Of a stretch of DNA of 64,000 bases, positions 50,433 through 62,821 are shown piece by piece. The first letter of the stretch is position 1. Each line of letters starts with the position of its first letter. The DNA is from Gracilinanus agilis (taxonomy: Eukaryota): NCBI RefSeq assembly GCF_016433145.1, contig NC_058131.1:575844813-575908812 (forward strand). Direction: 5' to 3'. Both the position numbers and the translations under genes were made by a program. The notes under the pieces are model-generated. The model searched no databases, was not told where the DNA came from, and saw nothing but the letters and a program-made list of their open reading frames with translations.

Positions 50433-50641
50433 TTTTTTTTTTAATTTAAACCCTTACCTTCTGTCTTGGAACCAATACTGTGTATTGGTTCCAAGGCAGA
50501 AGAGTGGTAAGAGCTAGGCAATGGGGGTCAAGTGACTTGCCCAGGGTCACATAGCTGGGAAGTGTCTGAGGCTAGATTTGAACCTAGGACCTCCCGTCTC
50601 TAGGCCTGGCTCTCAATCCACTGAGCTATCCAGCTGCCCCC
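50433..50641 (-). mobile_element. SINE1_Mdo-type (long tail), sense to RAB8B
   Basis: Reverse-complement copy; perfect TSD AGTTCTTTACTT (50421-50432 and 50642-50653). Confidence 0.93.
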
Positions 50642-51919
50642 AGTTCTTTACTTATTAAGATTTTTATTAAATATGCTTAGTAATACCCTAACTATAACAA
50701 ACAAAACCACCTATTCACATGATTACTGTATTGGACAAGATGTAATTTAAAAAATGAGAATCAAGCCTGGGGCAAGATTTCTACAATGAGTCACAGTTTT
50801 AGTGAGCTGAGGTTGGGTATACAATAGTCATTCTGTCAGGAAGTGCATCTATGAGTGATGCAAAGAAATTAAGAAATATGACAATGACTATGTATTTTGC
50901 ACCCTGAATGGTGCCCAGGCATATTCAGTAGAATGGAGTTTGCAGAGGGAAAACATCATAATCAGAAACAGAAAAAAAAAAAAGGACATAACTAAATTTT
51001 ACTTCTTTAAAAAAGAAGTTCTGAGCTAATAAGAAGAAAGTAATATAAACTCAGTGCAATATAAAGCCATATGAAGTAGTCATTCCAAATTCTGATAAGC
51101 AAAGGCTTCTGTAGTATTCAGGAGAGAAATTCATGTTAGTTTCTAAAATAAGGAAGGTTTCTCATATGGAGATTATAGAATGGAAAATAGGGCCCTTTCT
51201 GTTTTCATTTTAATTATGTAGAAGAATATATTTTTATTTTTGTGACAGTAAAAACTGATAAAAGTTGCTCCAAGAGGAAAAATAAAATAAGTGAAGGTTA
51301 TTTTAGTTAACTGTTAAGGGGATGGTTGAAGAAAATCAAGTTGTCTAATGAAAAGATTTAAAGATGACATTCTCTGTTTCACTGTTTTGAGTATGTATTA
51401 ATAACACATGATATACTGGGGAATTATTTTAAAATGATTTTCTATGATACAAAACTCCTTGCAGTAATTCTGCCATATCAACATATAAGCATATAATTTT
51501 CTCCCAACACTTAGGGTAAACAAGAAGCTTTCATCTGTCAAAAATAACAAAAATGATGGCTGTGATTTTTCACTGTTCTGTTTAGAAAACTCATTTAGCT
51601 TTTTGAAATTGAGATGCCATATTAAAAAGCTGTCACAGAAACAAATACCAAAACACCCTCCTCCACCCCTGCCATTTGCCCTTGTGAGCTCTCAATATTG
51701 CAATCTTGTCAAATTTGAAATTAATTCCGAATCCCACATTATTATTTTTTTATTTTTTCCCACATTATTATAATATTACATTATATGGAGTAGATAATAT
51801 GAAATTTTAATTTTCAAAGACTGGGATATTGAAACTAAGGTTATGATATCCACTAGAGATAAATGTAGAGTCTTATGCTTTTTAAAAATCAACTTTACAA
51901 TGGAAAAGGGATAGTGAAG

Positions 51920-52760
51920 GCATGGTTAGGGAGAAATCTATCTGAAAAAGACAAGGGGAATTTTAGTGGACTACCAGCTCAATATAAGTCAGTAAAGCAA
52001 TGACAGCCAAAAATAAAACAAAACAACCAACCTAATGTGATCTTGCTCTGGATTAAGAGAGACATTAATTCCTAGGAATCAGAAATCCAGTGTTCAAGTC
52101 TGAGCTCCATTAGTTTAAAAAGCACATAAGTTAGAGGGTATCCAGCAGAGCAATTAGATGATAAAAGATCTTGGGCCCATGTGCTATGAAGATATGATGA
52201 ATGAATGAGGATGTTTAACCTAAAGAAGGCAAGATAATTGTCATGTGAAGAGATGTCATAGAGGCAGCATAGTTTAGTGGACAGGGAACCAGACTAATGA
52301 GCCTGATCATGTAGGCTCAATCCTGTCTTATATACTTAGAAATTGAAACTCTGAGCTAATCAGTTTTTTTTTTAAGTGTAGCAGTTTTCTATTCTGTAGA
52401 ATGAGGGAGTTAAAGTCAAAGGCCTCTAAGGTCCCCTCTAGTTCTGATTCATTTTAAAAGGATTCCTTTTAAGTGGTTTGATGTGCTCCATTTGGTTCCA
52501 AGGGAAGAACCAGTAGGAAGTTGTGAATAGGCAAAGTCAGGCTTGATGTCAAGATCTTCCTAACAATTAAAGATATCCAAAAATTGAATGGGTTGCTTCA
52601 TGAGGTATTGGATTCCCCAGCACTGGAGGTCTTCATGGAAGGACTGATACTTATTATTAATATTATAGTAGGGATCCATTCAAATACTAGTTGAACTAGA
52701 TAGCTACTATTGATGTTCCTTCCAATTCTAAAATTCTGTGATATACAAAAGTTATTGAAA
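51920..52760 (+). mobile_element. CR1/L3 fragment with MIR insertions
   Basis: TTTTAGTGGACTACCAGCTCAATATAAGTCAG ... GGATGTTTAACCTAAAGAAG ... GGATTCCCCAGCACTGGAGGTCTTC; a similar fragment occurs at 1-110. Confidence 0.65.
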
Positions 52761-53949
52761 AGTTATATGTAATGTGCTTTTTTTTTTTTAAGAAAAAGCT
52801 ATGGCTAGATAACAAGCTCATTGTGGTTACAAGTTACCTTCTTCAGGATGTCTTGCATAATTATCTATATTTTCTGATGTAGGATAATTTAGATAAAACA
52901 ATATGAAAAAGACCTCAAGGAATTAAAATGGCAGTCATTTGACGCACTTCTCAAGAGCTGTTTCAGGTTCCAAGACAAAACTAAAGCTATGGATAAATAT
53001 TACAAAGGTTTGGTGAAAAGTTTATTTCTTTATGAAGAGTTTAAGAATGCTATCTCTAGCTCCAGATGATTTCTATGATGAGATTGCTTTAAAGTTCAAT
53101 TAACCCAGAGTTTTGGGTTTAGGTTTTACCTAGGGATATAGTTTGGTTCTTAATCCATGAAGTTTCCCTAGGTCCAAACAGAAGTGGATTTAAATCTCTG
53201 AGTTAGCTCTGGAATTGATCTGGTTTCCCTGGGGTATTGTGGAGAGAGATGACTTCAAAACACTGGTGCTATTCTCAAAGTCTTTTATTTTAAGACTCTT
53301 GATATTCTATGCTACTGGATCCAATATTTTTAGGACCTTGGTAAACACAGAAGAGATAGCTAAGATTTGTAAGATGAAAGACCATAATTCTGTTACAAAT
53401 TTGAAGGCTCTATTATAGAAAAGATAAATAGAATTATGAAAAAAATAGAAAAAGTAATATTTTACTGTTCTAGTCATTTCTTACATTAAGTAGATATTTT
53501 TTTATTTAACTGGCAAGATTAGTGTAATATAGTCCAGTACATACATATGTCTGTGCCTGGGTTTAGAAAGTGGTCCATTAGCTATCATCAGGGGCTGAAT
53601 CACAGACCTACTCATTACTGACTTGCAACTTTTCACTCAACTGAAAATTTCAGGACAGATGGCCTAATGAACTCAAAGTGATGTATGCTGACATACTAGT
53701 TATTAGCCAGGCCTTCCAGAGCCAGAAACATATTCAAGCTCTAAGCTAGAAGAGAGTCACTACTACTGTAACCCTTCAGCTAAATCTGATTGTAGGTCTA
53801 CTGGCACTACTGACCAATCCATAGGTTGCTAGTAGCTCTGCAGTAAATAGTGTCATAGTGACCTGAAAGAGTTTATGTACTACCATAATTAGCTACTTTA
53901 AGCACCAATATCCCCACTCTACTTATCCAGCCTATTGTTCTCTAAGTCA

Positions 53950-55900
53950 AGGGATATCCATTTATTAAGCCCTTTCTTTGTTTCATGTCCTGTTCTAAGC
54001 ACAGAAGATACAAAGAAAGGCACAAACATTTTCTACTCTTAAGAAGCTCATATTCTAATGAGTAAGACCGCATGTAAATAACTAGGTACATTCAAGATAC
54101 AGACAAAATAGATAGAAAGTAATCTTTGAGGGGAATGCCTTAGCATCTTGGGGGTCCTGGGAAAAGGCTCCTGCAGATGGGGGCCTTAAAGTGGAATCCT
54201 GAAGGATACTAAGAGGCAGCAGTGAGGAAGGACATGTAGATCAGAGGAAGGACATGTAGATCAAAAGTTCAGGGTCAAGGGCAGGGTCAAGGGATGGGGT
54301 GTCCTAGGTGACAAAAACAAATAAAGCAGTATGGCTATATCACAGAGTACAGAAAGCTGAGTAAAGTATAAAACTGGAAGAGTAGGAAGGGGCTAGTTTG
54401 TACAGTTTTAAATATCAGTAAATCAGTCAAAATATATTAAGTGCCAGACATGGAGGATATAAAAGAAGGTAAGTTCCCACGTAGAAGGGCTCACAATCTA
54501 ATGGGGAATGCTTCCATAAAAATGGTAAACAAACATTTGATCTTAAAGTTGATAAGGAGAACCTGGAGTTTATTAAGTAGAGAAAAATCAGTGCTAGGCT
54601 TTTGGAAACTCCTACTGGCCATTGTGTGGTTAAAGCTACTACAAGAATTAATGAAAGAAATGATAAGGGCTTGAATTAGGAAAGTGGCTATGTAAGTGGA
54701 GTGAGGGGGACATGAAGGAGAAATACTGTAAATATAGAAATGCCAAAATTTGACAATTGATTGAATATTTGGAGTGAGTGAGAATTAGGAACTGAGAAGA
54801 ACTAAGGTTCTGGGTGGACTAGAAGGATTGTGGTACCCCTGACAATGATAAAGGCAGATCATAAGAGGGGTAAGTTTTATAGGAAAGATAAATTATCTTC
54901 TGTATATTCTGAGTTTGAGATGCCTCTAGGACATCCAGTTCAAAATGTCTAATAGGAAGTTTATGATATAGGACTGGAGCTTAAGTGAGAGATTAGGGTT
55001 GAATATATAGATTGATATGAAAATCATCTACATAAAGATAACAGAAATCATGGAAGCCGATGTAATAACTAAAGAAAATATATAGAAAGAAAAGAGAAGA
55101 GGACCCAGGGCAGAGTCTTGGGGGATGCCCATAGTTCGCAAGTGACATGGATGAAGATCCATGAGAGGATCTCTTCATCCACAATAAGGAGCAGACCACT
55201 AGGAAGAGAACCAAGAAGAGCAGTGTGATGAAAACTCAGAGAGGAAAGCTCAAGACTGATGAGGTCAAAAAGAAATTATTAGATTGGGCAAGTAAGAGAT
55301 CACTGGTAACTTTGGATAGTGTAGTTTCAGTTGAACGATGGTCAAAAGCCACATTCCAGAGGGTTTAAGAGAGGAACAGAAGGCACTAAGTATATACATG
55401 GCTTTTTTTCAAGGAGTTTAGCTGAGAAGTGAAGTTGATACAGAATGATAACTAGCAGAGATGGTAGGATTGGATGTGTTTCTAGGCGGCTAAGAAGAAG
55501 GCAGGAAGTAGGAAAGGCTGAAGACTGTGGACAGAAGGGGATGATATTGATGGCACTGTACTAGAGAAGTCAGGAAGGGATGGGATCTCACACAATAGAG
55601 GTATTGACCTGGGCAAGTAGAAGGCCCATCTTTTCAACACAGTTGCAGATTCTCAGTTTTATTAAGGCAATACCCTTTCACACATTCCTCCCCCAACAGA
55701 CAGCTATCAAACTCACTTCTGCCTCAGTGATTTATTTACATGATTCTCTCTGTGAGAATAATTCTGCCTCTTTCTCTTCATAAAAATCCTGTACATTCTT
55801 CACGGCCCAAGTAACATTTTCTCTCAGCATATATTGATTTCTCAGTTCTTTGAACTCCAAGATTACTTAAAGATTCACACAATATAACTCTCAGTTGTTC
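53950..55900 (-). mobile_element. Tandem L2 fragments
   Basis: Two CATTTATTAAG-type L2 ends (~53960 and ~54430) and GA-rich body motifs. Confidence 0.7.
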
Positions 55901-58160
55901 TATTGTTTCAATTGTTAATGTTTAATTTTTTCTCTCCAAGGAAATTATAGCATAATACATTGGTTTAACAGAGATGATCAGGAAGTATGTGGAAAGAATG
56001 GGTCACAAAGAATGGAAACAATGGATTATTAAGTTTCTTAAAGTTATCTACCAATAAATAGTCATTGATTGAGTCATTAATTTTCTTAAAATTCAGATCA
56101 TCTATATCCAAACAAACACTACTAAAATCTATCTTGGTGACTGATAACTTAAAATCAAACAAGTGGGTCCCTTTATGATTTCAAATTTGATATTAAGGTT
56201 TATATTTTAAAATTAGTTATGGGAAACCAAATTCACAAAATAATAGAACTAAGCACAGAAATTGTCTTGATCTTCCAAAATAGGTACCTCAAGTGACAAT
56301 GTAGTCTTGTAAGACAGAGTGAAAAGCACTCTGGGCTTAGGAGTGAGAAGACCTATGTTTAAGCTAGCTGATTAATTATAGGCAAGTTGCTTAACCTTTT
56401 TTTTAAACTTGTTTTGTCATCTGAAGAATGGGAATAATAATCTTTTCCACTACTTATAGCACATATTTTGTTGGGAAAGTGTTTTGTAAAGCTTAACACG
56501 AAAGAGAAATTGAAACTGTCACTTCTCAGGGAAATGAAATTGAATTTAAAACTTGGTGATTATTTTTTAAGTACATAGTCCCCCAATTAAGATTCCATGA
56601 ATAAACTTTCTATCTCCTCCAGTTTTGAATGGTACTCTGGCATAAAATAAATGTTTAAATGTAAAGTTGAACTTAATCTTCTGAACACAAACTAAAGCAA
56701 ATGACAAGTCATTAATATTTCAGTATTCAGCTGTGAAAAAATACTGAATATTTACATATTTGAATTTTTAACATGAAAGAATTTTCTACTAGGTTAGAGA
56801 TGAGATTTAAGTACAAATTAAACATTTTCCTATTTGAAACAATTGAGATGTTTCTGAAGTTTGAGTCCTTGGTTCCTGTATCTAACCAACTGCTTGGTTT
56901 TTAGTAGCTTTTAGAGGTGCTATGGAAACTCATTTATTTCTGAAGTTACTGAATAGCTTTTCTAGTCCAAACTAAAGAGAATTAAAGTCAGGTCATCAAG
57001 AGGCAGCTAGTAGATTCACAACATTCTGGGTCTTAATCAAAACAGATAATCAAGTCAGTAAATAAACCTTAGGTTCCTAAAGGTTGGCCTGCTACACTAA
57101 AAAAGTCAAATCTCTTTTTTAGGGAAAGAATGGATTTTTCCTTACAATTGTAGTTAGTTTTAAAGAAAGCCTACAGTTGGCAGACCACTACATGGAGAAT
57201 ATTCAAGAAGTCAAGCAAAGGTCACATGCTTTTTTTTTTTTTTAAATTCCAAAGCTGGTAAAAATAACACTTTAGCTTCTTTTGAAATGGATGAAAATAA
57301 TAGTAAGCAATTTCATCTCATTTAGTAGATCATTTAAAGAGGTATAATGCTAAGTCTAGTATAGGCTTGGGACATTTGGGGGTTTTTTTGTAGCAAGAAA
57401 AGTTGGTGGTTAAAAATTAAAGAGGGGAAAACTCCTACATCCTTCAGATTACTCCTAGATCCATTAAGGGGAGAAGCAGTAAGCCATCCAAAATGTGCAA
57501 CAGAATTAAAGTGAGGAAAGTTAGCCTAGGGAAATGTTATACCAGAAAGCAAAACAAAAAACTTTACTTTAAGAGAAATTAACAGTGATAAGAAACTAAA
57601 CTCATTCCAGTATTAGGAGAAAAAGAATAAGAAGAGAAGTAGTCATTTATCCAGTGAATCCAAATGAAGTGGAAGGGTCTTAAGAAAATCAGTCCAGAGG
57701 AGTTATTAAACTAGAAATCCAAAAAGGCCACATCATGAAAGGGAATTACTTACTAGGGACAAGAATTAAACACAAACAAAATAAAACCACACTATGAAGT
57801 AATGGCGATTCTTCAAAATAAAGGGACTTCAGAAGGAAACATCATGCAAGATAGCTTTTAAAGTTACATGATGAATTTATTTTTTGCTTAAAATGAAAAG
57901 CAAACTGTATATGTATATTTAGTTTCATGGAAAAGCCTCTTTCTCTGTTCTACCTTTTAGATGGAAATGCTCATTTGGTAAAGTCCTGAATTCTATTTTT
58001 GAAGACTTCACCTCATATCCAGCAACTGGCAAAGACAATTAAAATGGGAATAGTCACTGTTGGAATATCAGCTATGGAAAGTCAGGAAATGTAGAGCTAT
58101 GAATGGGTCTGACCATTCTAGAAAGAAATCTGGAATTATAGTCTGCTTAAAAAAATGTCT

Positions 58161-58360
58161 TATAATTGGAGATTGTAGACTCTAAACAATCACTCCATAA
58201 CAATATGGAAATAGGTCTTGATCAGTGATACATATAAAACCCAGTGGAATTACTTGTTGACTATGGGAGGGGGTGGGAGGAAGGAAGGGAAAGAATATGA
58301 ATCATGTAACCATGAAAAAAAAATATTCAAAATTAATTAATTAATTAAACTTAATTTTTA
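58161..58360 (+). mobile_element. Severely 5'-truncated L1 3' end
   Basis: G-rich 3'UTR, AT-rich tail and TSD AAAAAAATGTCT (58149-58160 and 58361-58372). Confidence 0.8.
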
Positions 58361-58374
58361 AAAAAAATGTCTAA

Positions 58375-59210
58375 AATGTCCGCATGCAAAGATCTCATTT
58401 TTAGGCATATACCTAAAGGTCTATACCTAGGCCTATACCTATATACTTAAGCATATACCTAAAGGCCAGCAAGAGCAGACAGGTCCCCAAACATTAAAAT
58501 ATTCATTACAACTTTTTTTTAGTAGTAGTAGAACTGGAAGTAATAGAGTACTTGAAGTAGTTAACAAACCAGAAACAAAGTAGATTCCCACTGGCTCTGC
58601 TAAACAAATTTTTAAAACGTTTACACTTTAAATGACAATAAATGTGGGCAACAAGGGCTTAGATAGCCAGGCTTAGAGACAGGAGATCCTGAGTTTAAAT
58701 CTTGACTTCAGACATTTCTAACTATCTGACCCTGAGTAAGTCACTTAACTCCAATTGTCTAGCCCTTACTGCTCTTCTGCCTTGGAACCAATACTTAAGT
58801 ATTGAGCTAAGGTAAGGGTTTTAAAAAAAAAAAGACAATGAACATAAAGACTTTTGAGAAATATAGGAACACATATGAACTGATGCTGAGCAAAGCAATC
58901 ACAGTCAATAAAATAATAATATAATCACAGCAATTTAAATAGAAAGAATAACATCACAACAAAAACTAACATGAATATTTTGAAATTAAAATTACTGAAA
59001 TTGGCTCTAAGGAAGAGAAGACAAAATGTACTTCCCTTAGAAATGGAACAGTGCATATCCTGTCAGACTCAGTATGTTGTCTGGTTTTGTTGAGTTGTTT
59101 TTTTCCCCTCTCTCTTCATTTTATTTTTTGTTATAAGGTGCCCTGGCCAAACCTGACTCATGTGGATCTCTCTAGTGGTTTGGACACAAAATGGAAATGT
59201 AATGAGATAC
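58375..59210 (+). mobile_element. Old L1 3' fragment
   Basis: CATATACCTAAAGG ... GAACACATATGAACTGATGCTGAG motifs; interrupted by a SINE. Confidence 0.6.
58665..58832 (+). mobile_element. 5'-truncated SINE1_Mdo-type
   Basis: Core and AAGGTAAGGGTTTT tail. Confidence 0.85.
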
Positions 59211-59803
59211 TTGAAGTCCATAGGACCTTTAATAAAAATAAATTTAATAAACAACAATATAGAAAAGTATTCAGTAAAGATAACAGTATTGGTTTGACTG
59301 AGCACTGCACATATTGTACACATTTGATGGTTTGACTTGATTTACAAAGCAGTGGAAAGTCCAGGGCTTTTAGACCTTTGGTGACTGAGAAGACATATGA
59401 ATGGCTCAAATCTTAGTCCCCTGGACTAGTTCAGTCTCAAGAATTTTACTGCTTTTTAAGAGAAAAAGCTAGCCTGGATGGTAGGGAATTTCCAGTCTTC
59501 TTAGGGAACAAATGGTCAATTTTTAGCCATACAATAAGGCCTTTTACAAGTTTCAAACCAGAGATATTGCTTCTAGCAAAAAAATGTAGCTTAATCAGTA
59601 GGAGAGTAAGCAAAGATATGTTCAGACATGAAGATGATATAAAAACTGAAAGTCATAGTAACAAAAAAATAAGATAACTTTATTCAAGAAATATGGAATA
59701 GATACAACAGTTTGTTCCAAAGAGTTAAAAAATAGTTGAGCAAAGAAAGTATTAGTTTATCCTATAGAGTGGAATGGAAAATTGGGATCTCCACTCCCTC
59801 ATA

Positions 59804-59824
59804 TCTCTCTCTCTCTCTCTCTCT

Positions 59825-59870
<46 letters not shown>

Positions 59871-59886
59871 ATATGCACACACACAC
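59804..59886. repeat. Compound (CT)n(AT)n(CA)n microsatellite
   Basis: Direct reading. Confidence 0.95.
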
Positions 59887-60730
59887 CCTAAGGTTTATTG
59901 TGTATAGATATTATATATAGACAATTAAATAGGATGGATTACACCATTCTTTTAAATGTTTAATTTTACAACATTCTAAGCCTTCACCTTCTAAAAGTAT
60001 ACTCCTTTACAAGTAAAATGAATGTAAAACAAATGAGATAAGAAAATGATTATTCACAATTTAAAAGAATTCCTTTTCTCACATATACTTCAGTCTTAAC
60101 ATACATTGGATTAAAATTCCGCAAAAATAGTTTTCCCTTAACTTAAGGTACATAAACTTTAATCTGATACATTATTTTTTATTTTAATGATCTTGTGTTT
60201 TAATATTACCTTCATTCTCCCTTATTACCTACCTTATTCTCCCAAAATATGCTACTCCCTTTCCCGACAAGTTATTCCTTATGACAGTGAATAAAAAATA
60301 GGAAGGAAAAGTATTTCAGCAAAACTAACCAACAAACCAACCAAATCTAGGCATCAATTTCACAACTTCTCCAACAAGAACTCTTACCATCTTATTTCAC
60401 CTTTGCCAATTTGCTGAAGGTAAGGGGTTCAGAGTTATTTTTATTTGCATTTCTAATGTTTTGGAGCAATCTTTGAAATGATTTTGGTTCTGAACTTCTA
60501 ATAGCATATTAAAACTGAGAATTATAAGGACTTTATACTGTTGTAGCAGGGGAATGGATCTTGGGGAAGGGGAGGAAAACTAATTTCAAACTGTACATTT
60601 TTGCTTTTGATTCAAAGACTAAACAATACTAATAAGGCATCTTTTTCCTCAGTGTATTAAGCAACTTTATTTCAAACTGATGCATAACTCTTAATTCTCC
60701 AAAACACTATATTTTAAATTAGAACAAAAA

Positions 60731-60793
60731 AATTACTAAAATTACTAAATATTACTAAAATTACTAAAAATCTTACTAAAATATTACTAAAAA
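60731..60793. repeat. Six-copy TTACTAAA tandem array with 9-12 bp spacing
   Basis: Units start at 60733, 60742, 60752, 60761, 60773 and 60784. Confidence 0.9.
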
Positions 60794-61155
60794 TTTTTTT
60801 AAGAAAAGCAGCGTAGCATAGTCAGTAGAAAACAGGCTTCTGAATCAGAAGACTGGTTTAAAGTTTAGCCGCAAATACAAACGAGCAATGAGAACTTGTA
60901 TAAGTAATTCATATAATTTCTCAATGTCCCCAGGATAAAATTTTCTCAAGATTATAAGTCCTAGGGAATCTGCTGGTCTGTAGGAAGTTGCTGATTAAAT
61001 CACAGATCCCATCAAACAAAATTCTTGCTTTAACTCTTCCTATGGGAAATCTGCGTTTATGCAGGCTGAGTATCAGCCTGAGAGGACCATTTTAGGACCA
61101 TTCAAAACCACTAGTAACTAGAACAGAGCAAAAGAACAAGCTCCAGAGACTAGAC

Positions 61156-61343
61156 CACTGATTCCCAAAGTGGGTATCCCCTGGTGGGTGCTACAGCGAT
61201 CCAGGAGGGCGGTGATGGCCACAGGTGCATTTATCTTTCCTATTAATTGCTATTAAAATTTTTTTTAAATTAATTTCCAGGGGCGCTAAGTACTATTTTT
61301 TCTGGAAAGGGAGCGGCAGGCCAAAAAAGTTTGGGAACCACTG
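61156..61343. mobile_element. hAT MITE, family A (TIR CAGTGRTTCCCAAA)
   Basis: CACTGATTCCCAAAGT ... AGTTTGGGAACCACTG; flanks GACTAGAC and CTCTAGAC. Confidence 0.88.
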
Positions 61344-61351
61344 CTCTAGAC

Positions 61352-61884
61352 CATTGATGGTAAACCTATGGCACATGTGCCAAAAAGACAGCACCTGCCA
61401 GAGTTTGTTACTAGAAAGTCAGAGGGACTCAAGGTAGAGCTGTTACCCTCCCACTCTCCATGCACCTGAGGACATTTCTCACTTCCCTCCCCTCTCTACC
61501 CAGCAGCCAATGGGAGTGCTTCCTCCCTCCCCTATCTGAGGTAAAGTGTGTGTGTGTGTGTGTGTGTGTGTGGGGAGGGGGTGTTATGATTCATATGCTG
61601 CGTGAGGGTGCGGTGCATACAGCAGCAGACTGTTAAGTCTGTGGTGAAGGTGATTCTTGGGATGGGGTTTGAGAGGAGCTAGGTTTGAGGTGAACATAGC
61701 TCACAGTGTGACACATAGCTGGAAGGGAGCAGAATGCTTAGGCTACTCTCCTCCCCCTCTCCACATATGCCTCTCATCACCAACTCCTTTGCTCAGCAGC
61801 CCAATGGGAGCACTCCCTCCCTCCCTTGTTGTCTGGGGTAGGGGGGAACATGGCACTCTGTCTCTAAAAGGTTTGCCATCACTG
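61352..61884 (-). mobile_element. hAT MITE, family B, long copy in reverse orientation
   Basis: CATTGATGGTAAACCT ... AGGTTTGCCATCACTG; flanks CTCTAGAC and GGCTAGAT; internal direct repeat and (TG)n. Confidence 0.88.
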
Positions 61885-62413
61885 GGCTAGATCAAGAGGG
61901 AATTCAAGTTCAATTTCCTTTAAAAGCTCTCCAGGGTCCAACAATCCTAAAGTACCTTCTAAAGGCTTCAGTGATTTTTTTAAATTTATCTTTATCAAAG
62001 CTAATCTGAAGTTTCATTAGTAACAATCTTCATTCAAACATGCATTAATTTTATTTTATTTGGTTTTCAACTGCCATAAATAATTCTCTAAACCAGGCCC
62101 AGTGTCACAGTAGGATTTTAACACCAAACAGTTTTAGCTGGCATATTTTTCTTAATGTAAGACTATGTATGGTGTTACATGTGTGAATTTACTTATACTA
62201 TCAAACATGAAGGTTTTGTCAAGTGTTATTAACTAAGAACATCCACTTCCAAAGAAACTGACACCCTGGTAAAAATAATTTTATCTGTTATTAAGCTCTA
62301 TGATAAAATTTTATCAAGAAGAAAATATTCAGTGTTATATTTTGCAACTAAACTAGAAGTACTCTGAAAAGGAAAAAAGGTTTAATTTTGAAATGTTAGA
62401 AATGCTTATGTTT

Positions 62414-62605
62414 GGGGCAGCTGGGTAGCTCAGTGGATTGAGAGCCAAGCCTAGAGATGGGAGGTCCTAGGTTCAAATCTACCCTCAGACACTTCCCAGC
62501 TGTGTGACCCTAGGCAAGTCACTTAACCCCCATTGCCTAGTCCTTACCACTCTTCTGTCTTAGAATCAATACACATTCTAAGGCAGAAGGTAAAGGTTTA
62601 AAAAA
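62414..62605 (+). mobile_element. SINE1_Mdo-type (long tail)
   Basis: Head, core and tail; TSD AA(A/G)TGCTTAT. Confidence 0.92.
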
Positions 62606-62821
62606 AGTGCTTATATTTTTACAAAACTGGTGGAGAGAATGGCATGTGTGTTGCCATACTCCGTACAATAACAATCTAAGAATTTTATTCTGTTCTTGAG
62701 GGTAAGGAGCAAATGAAAATGTAAGGTGTTTTTAGGTGATTAAAACTTATCCAATATTATACTCACTTAGGAGCAGAAGAAAACCAGCTAAAAGAACTTC
62801 TGTAAAAATATATCATTATCA

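Noticed and set aside
61062-61080. Palindrome CAGGCTGA-GTA-TCAGCCTG
   Set aside because: One 8-bp stem in 64 kb is expected by chance; no supporting context.
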